NCBI GenBank assembly: GCA_963749705.1
Contig: CAVVNQ010000008.1
Span: forward strand, 1 to 64,000
Origin: an uncultured Chloroflexia bacterium
GTDB lineage: Bacteria; Chloroflexota; Limnocylindria; Limnocylindrales; CSP1-4
Direction: 5' to 3'
DNA: 64,000 nucleotides
Made by a program: the position numbers and the translations under genes
The notes under the pieces: generated by a model
Databases searched by the model: none
What the model saw: only the letters and a program-made list of their open reading frames with translations
What the model was told of the DNA's origin: nothing
In this document: positions 14,591-29,029 of the stretch, in pieces
How the letters are laid out: every line of letters starts with the position of its first letter
How positions within the stretch are numbered: position 1 is the stretch's first letter

Positions 14591-14804
14591 GGTGATCCAG
14601 TCTCCTATCGTGAATTTCGCCCTGGAATCACGAACGGCCGCGAGCAGCACTCGGGGCCGTCTGGAGAGGGAGGGTGGATCGTTGGTGACTTGGCCGGCGG
14701 TCCGCTCCTTCGCGATGACGAGACCTGAACGGTGCTCTTAAGCTGTCCATGCCCGTGGGCCGGGAGAGTCTAGCACGCAGGTACGGTCGGTACAATCAAG
14801 CTCC

Positions 14805-15689
14805 GTGCCCGAGCTGCCCGATCTCGACGTCGTTGCCGACGCGCTCCATGCCGCCCTCGCCGGCAGGCCGCTCGCGGGCGCGCGCGCGCTCATGCCACTC
14901 GCCATTCGCGGGACCCCTGCGGAGCTCGACGCTTTGACCGGGCAGGTGGTCACGCGGGTCGCGCGCGTGGGCAAGTTCCTGGACCTGCAGCTCGATCGGG
15001 ATCGAGTGGTGGTCAATCCCATGCTGACCGGGCGATTCCAGCTCGCCGCCCACGGGGAGAAGGCGCCGTCCGGCACGGCGGTGGAGCTCCGGCTCGACGG
15101 GCGGACGGGCGGACCGCGACCGCCTCCCGATGCCGCGCGATGGACCGCCGGCGCGGCCTGGCTGCCCGGCGACGACGCGCCGGTCATCGTTCGCTATCGC
15201 GACCCCACGCAGATGGGCAAGGTGTACCTGCTGCCACACGACGTCGCGCGCGCGGTTCCCGGCCTCGGGCCGGATGAGCTGGGGCCCGATGCGCTCGACC
15301 CGGCCCTGACGCCGGACGTGTGGCGGGCCCGGATCCGGCGCCATCCGGGCGAGCTCAAGAACCTGCTGCGAAACCAGGCATTCGTAGCGGGTATCGGGAA
15401 CGCCTACTCCGACGAGATCCTGTTTGCCGCACGGTTGCAGCCGTTCCGCAAGCGGAGCTCGCTGGCACCCGAGGAGGTCGACGACCTCTACGCGGCGATG
15501 CGCGCCACGCTGTCGTCGTCGATCGGCTTGCTTCGAGACCGCGTGCCACCGACCTTCGAGAAGCAGGTACGTGACCACCTTGCGGTGCACAACCGGGGCG
15601 GTGAGCCGTGCCCGCGGTGCGGGGCGCGGATCACGCAGGTCTCCGCCGGCGGGTTCCAGACCAGCTACTGCCGCAGCTGCCAGCGCTGA
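14805..15689 (+). CDS. Fpg/Nei family DNA glycosylase
   Basis: N-terminal PELP, H2TH motif AGIGNAYSDEI and C-terminal CPRC..CRSC zinc finger. Confidence 0.93.
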   Translation: MPELPDLDVVADALHAALAGRPLAGARALMPLAIRGTPAELDALTGQVVTRVARVGKFLDLQLDRDRVVVNPMLTGRFQLAAHGEKAPSGTAVELRLDGRTGGPRPPPDAARWTAGAAWLPGDDAPVIVRYRDPTQMGKVYLLPHDVARAVPGLGPDELGPDALDPALTPDVWRARIRRHPGELKNLLRNQAFVAGIGNAYSDEILFAARLQPFRKRSSLAPEEVDDLYAAMRATLSSSIGLLRDRVPPTFEKQVRDHLAVHNRGGEPCPRCGARITQVSAGGFQTSYCRSCQR

Positions 15690-15735
15690 CCGTCTGCCCT
15701 CGGTCGCCCGATCGAGGCGCCCGATCGAGGCGGTG

Positions 15736-16542
15736 CTAGGGGATGATCAGCACCTGGCCGACGTGGATCACTCGCGGGTTGGTGATGTTGTTGGCCTCGG
15801 CGATCGCCGCAGCGCTTGTCCCGAACTTCGCCGCGATCCCGATCAGCGTGTCACCGGACCTGACGGTGTAGGTCTGGACGTCCCCGGGCGTCGCGCTGGG
15901 GCTGGGGATCGCGGACGGACTTGCCGATGGACTCGGCGAGAGCGTGGGCGACGGCGCAGGGGATCGGGAGGGCGGTGCTGTCGCAACACCCGACGGCGAG
16001 GCCACGACCGCGCCCGATGCCGCGGCCGGCGAACCCCCGGAAGCCTCCGGGCTCGGTGAGCCGGATGCACCGGGGCCCGCGGCGCGCGCGACGACGAGGA
16101 CCAGGAAGGCGACCACCATGAGCCCGACGAGCAACGCCTGTCCGCCAGATCGGGACGATCCCGCGAGCGGTGCCAGCAGACCGTGGGCCGGTTCCAGCAG
16201 GAGCGGCGTCGACCGGGTGGCCGGCCACAGGCCTGAGCCATCGGGAAGCGCGCCGGCCGAGACCCCGTCGCCCGCTGCCCGGGCAGCAAGGTACGTGGCA
16301 CAGGCTTCGTGGGCGGTTACCAGGCACAGGGACCGCTGCTTCGCCATCGCGAGCGCGGCTGGCGGATTGATCGCCGCGCAGCGGTGATCGCGGGATGCAT
16401 AAGCGCTCCGCCATTCACCCGATTCGGCACGGAGGTACGGACACACTTCGAACACCGCACCGGACGTGCGGCGGCCGCGTGGCGCCTGGGGTGCCGGCGC
16501 CATCCCGCCCGGCACATCCGTCCCATCGCTGATGGTCGTCAT
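15736..16542 (-). CDS. Membrane protein with Cys/His-rich N-domain, TM helix, Ser/Pro linker and LysM
   Basis: C-terminal YTVRSGDTLIGIAAKFG..IAEANNI..IHVGQVLIIP; TATCCT 8 nt before the ATG at 16542. Confidence 0.88.
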   Translation of the reverse strand: MTTISDGTDVPGGMAPAPQAPRGRRTSGAVFEVCPYLRAESGEWRSAYASRDHRCAAINPPAALAMAKQRSLCLVTAHEACATYLAARAAGDGVSAGALPDGSGLWPATRSTPLLLEPAHGLLAPLAGSSRSGGQALLVGLMVVAFLVLVVARAAGPGASGSPSPEASGGSPAAASGAVVASPSGVATAPPSRSPAPSPTLSPSPSASPSAIPSPSATPGDVQTYTVRSGDTLIGIAAKFGTSAAAIAEANNITNPRVIHVGQVLIIP

Positions 16543-16632
16543 TGGCGCCGAGGATACCGTGCGGCAGGCGCCCCCGCGCGCAGCTACCTTCGCGAGCTCA
16601 CGCGATCTCACGGTGCGTCCGTTAACGCAACA

Positions 16633-16752
<120 letters not shown>

Positions 16753-16885
16753 CGTATGCGTCTGGATGATGACGGCAGCAACCGGCGTCGCCGAATGCGA
16801 CGCGGGCGCCGATCGAAGGATCACGATTGCCGGATCTCGAGACCCGATCTCCCGGCACGCTGACCCCTGGTCAGGTGCTGGTATA

Positions 16886-19945
<3,060 letters not shown>

Positions 19946-20324
19946 CGCCAGCATCTGACCAGGTGGCCAGTGCGGGACGGGGTCGATCGGGTTCTCCTTG
20001 ATTTCACGGCGAAATCATGATCTTTCGATCTTTTCTCTACTGCCGTCATCTATCCAGTTGTTAAGGTGCACCGCCGAAGCGGTTCAGCGACGGGAGCCAT
20101 TGCTCCCTTCACTCCAGCGGTCCGCTGGTCGGTGGGCTCTGGGTGGAGCGCACGGATCAGGGGACCAGATCCCGGACACCAGACGACGGCTCGAGGACCA
20201 GCCTGCGAACCGTCGAACCTGTCGCGTGGGTGGGACCCGGAGGTCGTCTCGGGGTTGGACCCGAGCTATTCGATTTCGTTACCTGAGGACCTGGACCAGA
20301 GGAACTTCCTCCGATTGGGCAAGG

Positions 20325-20400
20325 TGGTGGAGACGAGGAGACTCGAACTCCTGACCCTCTCCTTGCAAAGGAGATGCTCTTCCAGCTGAGCTACGTCCCC
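20325..20400 (-). tRNA. tRNA-Ala(TGC) in the rRNA spacer
   Basis: Cloverleaf with loop TTTGCAA and CCA end. Confidence 0.95.
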
Positions 20401-20422
20401 GTGCTCATGGGTGGTGCGGGAG

Positions 20423-20499
20423 TGGTGGGCGTTTCTGGACTCGAACCAGAGACCTCTGCCTTATCAGGGCAGTGCTCTAACCAGCTGAGCTAAACGCCC
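20423..20499 (-). tRNA. tRNA-Ile(GAT) in the rRNA spacer
   Basis: Cloverleaf with loop CTGATAA and CCA end. Confidence 0.95.
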
Positions 20500-20731
20500 T
20501 CCGGACGCCGGCCTCGCCGGATGTCCGACGGGCGGCTGCACCGTTAACCCTTGAAGAGTGGTAGGAACAGGGCCGTTGATCGTGCCCGGTACGGTGTCTC
20601 GCCGAGTCGCTTGTCGATCTCCGGCTTGCACCGGCACATCCCACTCGACTGGAGATGTGAACGATCGGGCGATCAACCTGGGAGCCATCAACGCCAGGAC
20701 CTCACCGTAATGGTCCTGACTCGGATCTCCC

Positions 20732-22227
<1,496 letters not shown>

Positions 22228-22304
22228 ACACGACCTTTCGGTCGTGTTGAATCTCAAGAGCTTGGTCCAGGCACGTTCTCGTGCTGAAGTTCCTACCACT
22301 CTTC

Positions 22305-22319
22305 AGTTGTTAAGGTGCA
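22305..22319 (-). promoter_or_regulatory. boxA-like antitermination/processing element in the rrn leader (second copy near 20056-20070)
   Basis: TGCACCTTAACAACTG occurs before both 16S and 23S; the leader copy can pair with 20556-20586 to form the 16S processing stem. Confidence 0.7.
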
Positions 22320-22355
22320 GCGCCCGGCCTTGACCGCCCGGAGCGCGGACCCCTA

Positions 22356-22484
22356 ATGATGGGGCACACCACTCCGCGTGTCAAACGAAGATCGGGGGAT
22401 TCCGCGCCGTGGCGCGGGTCCAATCGAGCCTCGGGTTCGTGAGGCGCGAGGACGGATGGTAGGGCGGACCGGAACGGCTGTCAA
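22356..22484 (-). promoter_or_regulatory. Tandem rrn promoters P1 and P2
   Basis: TTGACA-17-TACCAT (22484-22456) and TTGACA-17-CATCAT (22384-22356), exactly 100 bp apart. Confidence 0.8.
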
Positions 22485-22533
22485 ACGCCGCGCCGCGGGC
22501 GCGGAATCGGGCCTGGCCACGCTCCGCCGGGCC

Positions 22534-22719
22534 TCAGATCGGGCTCTCCTCGACGAGCAGGATGAACGCCGCGCCGACCAGCCAGGCGAGGAGCGCGAGC
22601 TCGACCGTCGCTGAGGCGCCGAGCGGGCCGATGGCGACCAGCCACACGACCACCCCGATGATGGTCGCGGCCAGCGCCTTGGACAGGCGGAGCAGGATCT
22701 CGAACACGAGCTCGCGCAT
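22534..22719 (-). CDS. Small two-TM hypothetical membrane protein
   Basis: 61 aa with two hydrophobic helices; starts 1 nt after the recR stop with GGGAG upstream. Confidence 0.7.
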   Translation of the reverse strand: MRELVFEILLRLSKALAATIIGVVVWLVAIGPLGASATVELALLAWLVGAAFILLVEESPI

Positions 22720-22720
22720 C

Positions 22721-23338
22721 TCAGAGCTCCCTTCGCCCCTGGAGGGCCCGGATGAGCGTGACGTCGTCCGCGTACTCGAGGTCGCCCCCGACCGGCAGCC
22801 CGCGCGCGATCCTCGTCACCGAGCCCACCCGGCCGGCGAGCCGCTCGCCCAGGTACATCGCGGTCGCCTCACCCTCCAGGGTGGGGTTGGTGGCGATGAT
22901 GACCTCGTCGATCCGGTGGCCTTCGGCGCCCGCCTCGTCCACCCGCTCGAGCAGCTCCCGGATCTTGAGACGCTCGGGCCCGATCCCGTCGATGGGGCTG
23001 ATCGCCCCGTTCAGCACGTGGTACCGGCCGCGGAACTCACCGGTGCGCTCGAGCGCGAGCACGTCGAGCGGCTCCTCCACGACGCACAGTCGCGTCTGAT
23101 CGCGCATCGGGTCGCGGCAGATCGGGCACTGCGGAGCGTCGCTGATGTTGAAGCAGCGATCGCAGAACACCACCTCGTCACGCACCGCGACCAGCGCGCG
23201 CGCGAGCGTGCGCGCCTCCGCGTCGGGCGCGCGGAGCAGGTGATAGGTCAGCCGCTGCGCCGTCTTGGGGCCGATCCCGGGCAGCCGTGAGAACGCCTCG
23301 ACCAGGCGCGCGACCGGCTCGATGACGATGGCGGCCAA
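22721..23338 (-). CDS. recR: Recombination mediator RecR
   Basis: LPGIGPKTAQRL, C4 zinc finger, Toprim EGEATA and GGDLEYAD motifs. Confidence 0.98.
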   Translation of the reverse strand: MAAIVIEPVARLVEAFSRLPGIGPKTAQRLTYHLLRAPDAEARTLARALVAVRDEVVFCDRCFNISDAPQCPICRDPMRDQTRLCVVEEPLDVLALERTGEFRGRYHVLNGAISPIDGIGPERLKIRELLERVDEAGAEGHRIDEVIIATNPTLEGEATAMYLGERLAGRVGSVTRIARGLPVGGDLEYADDVTLIRALQGRREL

Positions 23339-23348
23339 GCGATACCCC

Positions 23349-23657
23349 TCAGCCCAGCCCCGGGATCCGCAGGCCCGCGGTCACCGCGCCCATCTTCTGC
23401 TCCGCCATCTCCCGCGAGGCGCGGAGCGCATCGTTGACCGCGGCCATCACGAGGTCCTGGAGCATGTCGACATCGTCGGGGTCGACCGCGGAAGGATCGA
23501 TGACGAGGCCCACCAGATCCTGCTTGCCGGTGACCGTCGCCTTGACGGCACCGCCACCCGCCGACCCGTCGACGGTCATCGACTCGAGCTCAGACTGGAC
23601 CCGCGCCATCTCCTGCTGCATCTGCAACGCCATGCGCTGCAAGTTGCCCATGCCCAT
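23349..23657 (-). CDS. ybaB: YbaB/EbfC nucleoid-associated protein
   Basis: GSAGGGAVK and DDVDMLQDLVMAAVN motifs; dnaX-ybaB-recR synteny. Confidence 0.94.
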   Translation of the reverse strand: MGMGNLQRMALQMQQEMARVQSELESMTVDGSAGGGAVKATVTGKQDLVGLVIDPSAVDPDDVDMLQDLVMAAVNDALRASREMAEQKMGAVTAGLRIPGLG

Positions 23658-23746
23658 CGATCTGGATCCTCCGGTCGGTTGTGGTGGCTCGTCGCGTGCT
23701 ACGGAGAGTCTGGCCCATCGCCTGCTCGCGTGCGCCGGGCGCCCGC

Positions 23747-25408
23747 TCAGGTCACCTCGGGAACATCGGCCAGGTCCTCGGCGAAGATCCGCTGGGCCTC
23801 GGCCAGGATGTGCGCCGCGTCCTCGTCCGCCGGCAGCGGTGGCAGGAGGTCGAGGTTGCTGGTCACGCAGCGGACGTTCACGTCGTGCCCGAGGAAGCCA
23901 CCGAAGTGCGCCTCGAGCTTGGCCCGGCTGCGCTCCGCGTGACCCTGCATGAACGGCTTCTCCTCGGGAAAGCCGATCGTGATGACGTTGCCCTCGACGC
24001 CGACGGGCCGGCACTCGACGATCAGCGCCTTCAGCGCCGGTGTTGCGGAACCCGTCAGCTGGCCCCAGCCCCGGCGGAGCCGCTCGAGGTCGTCGTGGGG
24101 CGCGTCGGCGGGCGCGTCTGCGGGCGCGCCGGCGTCAGGCGCGGGGTCACCGTCAGGCACGCGGTCACCCGCGGATGGAGCCGCCGAGACGGATGGCGCG
24201 ACCCTGGCCGTCGTCGATGCCGCCGGCGACGCCGCGGATGCGCGGGTGGATGGGGCTTCCGGCGGAGGCTTGGCCGCCGGTGGGCGCGCCTCGGTCCTGC
24301 GGGACGCCGGGCGCGCGGTCGCGCCCGCCGCCTTCTCGGCGACCTGGCGTGCGGCAGCGGTCGCCGCGGCGCCCGCCGGCGCTTCGAGCAGCGCGAGCTC
24401 GAGCTGGAGCCGGAGCCCGCCCGGGCCCATGCGCGTGGGGTCGATCGCGGCCAGCCGGCGGGCGGCCGAGGTGATCGCCGGATCCATGGCCTGGCCGGTC
24501 CCGAGACCCGCGATCAGCCGCTCGCGCAGCGCATCGACGACCTGGTCGAGATAGACGCGGAGGTCGCGGCCACGCTCCTCGAGGCGGTCGAGCAGGGCCA
24601 CCCCGGAGCGCGCGTCGCCCGTCGACAGGGCATCGATGAAGCCGTCGACCAGGTCCGCGTCGGCGAGCCCGAGCAGGTCGCGAACCGCGTCCGCCTCGAT
24701 CCGGCCTGCCGTCGATCCCAGCAGCTGGTCCAGGATCGACTCCGCGTCGCGCATGCCGCCGGCGGCGAGTCGCGCGACGAGGGCGATCGCCTCGGGCTCG
24801 GCCTCGCGCCCGTCGGCCGCCAGGATCCGCTCCAGCTTGCCGCTGATCTCGTCGACGGTGAGACGCCGGACGTCGAACCGCTGGAGTCGCGACAGGATGG
24901 CGGGCGGGAACTCCTGGGGATGCGTGGACGCGAACATGAACGCGACGAAGTCCGGTGGCTCCTCGAGCGACTTGAGCAGCGCGTTCCAGGCGTCGCGGGT
25001 GATCTGGTGGGCCTCGTCCAGGATGTACACCTTCCGGCGCAGCTCGCCCGGCGGATAGTTGAGGCGCTCGCGCAGGTCGCGGATGGCCTCGATGCCGCGG
25101 TTCGAGGCGGCGTCGATCTCGATCAGGTCGAGGGTGGTGCCCTCGCGGATCGCGACGCACGGCCCACAGGCGTCGCACGGATCGCCATTGGGGCGCAGGT
25201 CGAGGCAGTTGAGCGCCTTTGCCAGGATCCGCGCGAGCGACGTCTTGCCGGTGCCGCGCGGTCCGGTGAGCAGGATCGCGTGGGCGACCTGTCCGGTCGT
25301 GACCGCGTTGCGCAGGGTCGCGACCACCGCCTCCTGGCCGACGATCTCGGAGAACGTCTGGGCGCGCCAGCGGCGATACAGCGCCTGGTGCGGGGTTCCT
25401 GCGGTCAA
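23747..25408 (-). CDS. dnaX: DNA polymerase III subunit gamma/tau (start uncertain)
   Basis: ALYRRWR, GPRGTGKTS, EIDAASN, DEAH and LKSLEEPP motifs. Confidence 0.96.
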   Translation of the reverse strand: MTAGTPHQALYRRWRAQTFSEIVGQEAVVATLRNAVTTGQVAHAILLTGPRGTGKTSLARILAKALNCLDLRPNGDPCDACGPCVAIREGTTLDLIEIDAASNRGIEAIRDLRERLNYPPGELRRKVYILDEAHQITRDAWNALLKSLEEPPDFVAFMFASTHPQEFPPAILSRLQRFDVRRLTVDEISGKLERILAADGREAEPEAIALVARLAAGGMRDAESILDQLLGSTAGRIEADAVRDLLGLADADLVDGFIDALSTGDARSGVALLDRLEERGRDLRVYLDQVVDALRERLIAGLGTGQAMDPAITSAARRLAAIDPTRMGPGGLRLQLELALLEAPAGAAATAAARQVAEKAAGATARPASRRTEARPPAAKPPPEAPSTRASAASPAASTTARVAPSVSAAPSAGDRVPDGDPAPDAGAPADAPADAPHDDLERLRRGWGQLTGSATPALKALIVECRPVGVEGNVITIGFPEEKPFMQGHAERSRAKLEAHFGGFLGHDVNVRCVTSNLDLLPPLPADEDAAHILAEAQRIFAEDLADVPEVT

Positions 25409-25446
25409 CGGCGCTCCTGCGGCAGTCGTGGGCAAGGCGAGAGTAG

Positions 25447-25714
25447 CGCCGTGCACCCCCCGTCGATCAGGAGACTCCCGCGCCCACCGGCATCCACGGC
25501 TCGGACCAGGCCGTTCCGCGGCACCCGGCGATCACCGCTGAGTGCTGCTTCCTTCCGGACCTGACACGGTTCACGAGTCGCCGCTGCGCGGGACCCGGTC
25601 CTCAACGTCGCGAATGTCGTCGGCTCTCGAGAGCACCGACCTCGGGGGGGAATTCAGCCCTGCTGGAGCGGATTGCAGGTACAGGGCACCGCTAGTTCCC
25701 CGCCTAGCACGGCA
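25447..25714 (-). ncRNA. ffs: Signal recognition particle RNA, large Alu-domain type
   Basis: Helix-8 motif TCAGGTCCGGAAGGAAGCAGCA; 5' GCCGTGCTAGGCGGGGAACTAGCGGTGCCCTGTACCTGCAATCCGCT Alu domain; paired ends. Confidence 0.93.
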
Positions 25715-25794
25715 CCGGGGATGATAGCAGGGGGCCTTCCCGCGGCCCGTCGCCCGGCTGCCGATGCGACCCCACCCGGAAACGCGCGGGCCGG

Positions 25795-25882
25795 TGGCGG
25801 AGAGGGCGGGATTCGAACCCGCGATGGGTTGCCCCATACCGCATTTCCAGTGCGGCGCCCTAGGCCTCTAGGCGACCTCTCC
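25795..25882 (-). tRNA. tRNA-Ser(GGA)
   Basis: Long variable arm, loop CTGGAAA and GCCA end. Confidence 0.94.
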
Positions 25883-26003
25883 GCCGGACAGGATACCGGC
25901 GGCGGCGCCCGCGGACCGGTGGCACGATGCGGGACCCCCGTACGACGCGTCCCGGACACCGAACGACCCGGCGTTGATCGCCGGGTCGTCGCTGGTCTGC
26001 GGG

Positions 26004-26089
<86 letters not shown>

Positions 26090-26197
26090 GCCGCAAGGAT
26101 AACAAAGGCCGTCGACGGGGCCGAAGGTGCAGCACGACGCATCGGCGGGTGGATCGAGGGCAGGGGTGCCGCGCAGACGCCGATCGGCGCCGCGTGA

Positions 26198-26261
26198 AGC
26201 GCGACGATCAGGCGCCGGTGGGCACCGGTGGAGCGCGACGCTCAGGCGCCGGTCGGCACCG
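26198..26261. repeat. Tandem duplication of about 30 bp covering the tadA 3' end
   Basis: agcgcgacgatcaggcgccggtgggcaccg versus agcgcgacgctcaggcgccggtcggcaccg. Confidence 0.75.
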
Positions 26262-26694
26262 CATCGAGCACGCCGGTGAGCTCTTCGGCCTCCGCGCGCC
26301 GGATCCCCGACACGACCTGGAGGCGGCGCTCCAGCCGCGGGTGCTGGGCAAGGTGGACGACGGTGCCCGCTGCGCCATCGATCGGGTTCGGCACCGCGTA
26401 CACGAGCGCCACGGCATCGCATTCGAGCATCGCCCCGACGCACATCGCACACGGCTCGACCGTGGTGAAGATGGTCACGTCCGCGAGGTGGGGCGTGCCG
26501 AGCTTGCGGGCCGCCTCGCGGAGCGCCGCGATGACGGCGTGGGCGGTCGGATCATTCGTCTCATCCACGCGGTTCGAGCCCCGAGCGACCATCGCCTGGT
26601 CGACCACGGCGATCGCCCCGACGGCCGGCGCTCCACGCGCGGCCGCCTGTCGCGCCTCCGCGAGCGCCTCACCCATGAACAGCTCGTAGTTCAT
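26242..26694 (-). CDS. tadA: TadA-family tRNA adenosine deaminase homolog lacking the catalytic Glu
   Basis: DPTAHAV (canonical HAE), EPCAMC and GAAG motifs; TATGAT 7 nt before the ATG. Confidence 0.88.
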   Translation of the reverse strand: MNYELFMGEALAEARQAAARGAPAVGAIAVVDQAMVARGSNRVDETNDPTAHAVIAALREAARKLGTPHLADVTIFTTVEPCAMCVGAMLECDAVALVYAVPNPIDGAAGTVVHLAQHPRLERRLQVVSGIRRAEAEELTGVLDAVPTGA

Positions 26695-26837
26695 GCCGAC
26701 GATCATAACGACCGGCACCCGCGGTAGGATGGCCCCGACCCGTACGGCGTCCCCGGCGAGCCACGTGCGATCCACTGGCCAGCGCCGCCCGACCCGATCC
26801 AAACGGCCCCGGCCGACGACCCAACGGAGCCTTGCTC

Positions 26838-28028
26838 ATGGCTGCACCCCGACGTATCGGCATCCTCACCGGTGGCGGCGATGTCCCCGGACTCAACGCC
26901 GTCATCAAGAGCGTCGTCTATCGCGCGACAGACCTGGGCTACGAGGTGATCGGAATCCGCCGGGGCTGGGAGGGCCTGACCCACCAGCGTCGCGGTCCCG
27001 AGCTCGATCCCGAGTACGTCAGGGTCCTCGACCGGACCAACACGCGGGCGATCGATCGCACCGGGGGGACGATCCTCCACAGCTCGCGCACGAACCCGCG
27101 CAAGATGCCCGCCGCGTCGCTGCCGGAGTGGCTCGACGTCTCGACCATCGCGGACAAGCGGACCGGCGACGGGGTGTACGACCTGACCGACCACGTGCTG
27201 GAGACCGCCGGGCACCTCGGGCTGACGCACCTGGTCGCCATCGGTGGCGACGACACGCTGTCGTTCGCGGCCGTCCTCGACAGCCGCGGCTTCCCGGTGG
27301 TGGCGATCCCCAAGACGATGGACAACGACGTCCAGGGGACCGAGTACTGCATCGGCTTCTCGTCCGCGATCACGCGCGCGAAGGAGCTGATCAACCGCCA
27401 GCGAACGACGCTGGGCAGCCACGAACGGATCGGCGTGTTCCGGATCTTCGGGCGAGACGCCGGGTTCACCGCGCTGTACACGGCCTACGTGACCTCGACC
27501 CGGTGCGTGATCCCGGAGTTCCCGTACGACCTGGACGCGCTGGCCGAGCTGCTCCGGCAGGACCACGACAACAACCCCAGCCGCTACGCGATGGTGATCA
27601 CGGCCGAAGGTGCGATCTGGAACGGCGCCCAGCTGGGCGACGTGGGCGATGCGGACGCGTTCGGGCACCGCCACAAGGTGAACGTCGGCGAGGCGCTGGC
27701 CAGCGAGCTCAAGGCACGCACGGGCGTCGAGGCGGTCGCGTCGGAGCTGACCTACGACCTGCGGTCGGGTGAGCCCGACATGCTCAATTCGATGGTCGCG
27801 TCAACGTTCGCCAACGTCGCGATGGACCTCATCCGTGACGGGATCAGCGGCCGGATGGTGGGGATCCACGATGGCAAGTACGCCCACGTGCCGCTGGCCG
27901 AGACGGCCAAGCCCCCACGGCGCGTCCAGCTCGAGGCGTACGACACGGAGCGCTTCCGCCCCAAGTACTCGGATCGCCTGGGCGACCCGCTGCTGCTGAC
28001 GCCGTCGCTGGGGCCCGTGACCGGCTGA
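26838..28028 (+). CDS. pfkA: 6-phosphofructokinase, PPi-type signature
   Basis: TGGGDVPGLN, IGGDDT, PKTMDND and FGR motifs. Confidence 0.93.
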   Translation: MAAPRRIGILTGGGDVPGLNAVIKSVVYRATDLGYEVIGIRRGWEGLTHQRRGPELDPEYVRVLDRTNTRAIDRTGGTILHSSRTNPRKMPAASLPEWLDVSTIADKRTGDGVYDLTDHVLETAGHLGLTHLVAIGGDDTLSFAAVLDSRGFPVVAIPKTMDNDVQGTEYCIGFSSAITRAKELINRQRTTLGSHERIGVFRIFGRDAGFTALYTAYVTSTRCVIPEFPYDLDALAELLRQDHDNNPSRYAMVITAEGAIWNGAQLGDVGDADAFGHRHKVNVGEALASELKARTGVEAVASELTYDLRSGEPDMLNSMVASTFANVAMDLIRDGISGRMVGIHDGKYAHVPLAETAKPPRRVQLEAYDTERFRPKYSDRLGDPLLLTPSLGPVTG

Positions 28029-28045
28029 CTCCCCGCGGACCCGGC

Positions 28046-28927
28046 CTACCCGTCGAGGCCGGACAGGGAGCGGATCGCGCGCGCGAGGTTCGACATGTCC
28101 TCGTCGCCGCGTCCGCGCGCCACCAGGCCGGCCTCGAGCTGCGCGGCCAGCGCCGAGACGGGGAGCGAGGCGCCAAGGTTCCGGGCCAGCTCCAGCGCGA
28201 TGGCGAGGTCCTTGAGGTGGAGCGAGGTCCGGAAGCCGAGCGGGTAGGCGTTGTCGATCATCCGCCCGCTCCGGTTCTCGAGCACCCAGCTCCGAGCGGC
28301 CCCGCCGTTGAGCGCGCCGGCGACCGCGACCGGGTCGAGACCGGCCTTGAGCGCCAGGACCATGCCCTCCGCGACCCCCAGGTACGCCCCGGCGAGGACG
28401 ACCTGGTTGATCGCCTTGACCGCCTGGCCGCTGCCGGCCGGTCCGAAGTGGGTGATGGTCTTGCCCATCGCGGCCAGGACCGGCTGGGCGCGCTCGACGT
28501 CGGCCGGCTCCCCACCCACGAAGATCGTCAGGGTCGCGTGCTTCGCACCCTCGGAGCCGCCGGAGACGGGCGCATCGACGAAGCCGACGCCCTGTCCTGC
28601 GAGCCGCGCGGCGAACTCCTTCGTTGCCGACGGCGAGATCGTGGAGCAGTCGATGACCATGCCGCCGCGCGCGAGGCCCGAGGCGACGCCGTCCGCGCCG
28701 AACAGTACGGCATCGACGTCCGGAGTATCGGAGACGCAGGTGACGACGATGTCGGCGGCGCGCCCGACATCGGCAGGCGTCGATGCCTCGACCGCACCCT
28801 GCGCGAGGAGATCGGTCACCCGACCCGGGGTCCGGTTCCACACCGTCACCTCGAACCCCGCCCGACGGAGGTTCGCGGCCATCGCCGCCCCCATCGTGCC
28901 CAGACCCACGAACCCGACTCGTTCCAC
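28046..28927 (-). CDS. 3-hydroxyisobutyrate/2-hydroxy-3-oxopropionate reductase family dehydrogenase
   Basis: GLGTMG, DAPVSGG, K..NQ and KDL motifs. Confidence 0.93.
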   Translation of the reverse strand: MERVGFVGLGTMGAAMAANLRRAGFEVTVWNRTPGRVTDLLAQGAVEASTPADVGRAADIVVTCVSDTPDVDAVLFGADGVASGLARGGMVIDCSTISPSATKEFAARLAGQGVGFVDAPVSGGSEGAKHATLTIFVGGEPADVERAQPVLAAMGKTITHFGPAGSGQAVKAINQVVLAGAYLGVAEGMVLALKAGLDPVAVAGALNGGAARSWVLENRSGRMIDNAYPLGFRTSLHLKDLAIALELARNLGASLPVSALAAQLEAGLVARGRGDEDMSNLARAIRSLSGLDG

Positions 28928-29029
28928 GGCGTCAACCTCCTGCGTTCGATCGAGGGTACCGGGGCGAGCGGTCGAGTGTGACCAGGCGCCGCCAGCGGTG
29001 CAGGCAGGGCCGGGGACGCGGGCGCGACG

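Noticed and set aside
20150-20310. Recurring GGACC motifs in the 16S-23S spacer
   Set aside because: Short and irregularly spaced; consistent with ordinary spacer structure
23747-25408. Programmed -1 frameshift in dnaX
   Set aside because: No A-rich slippery site was seen; the ORF is continuous
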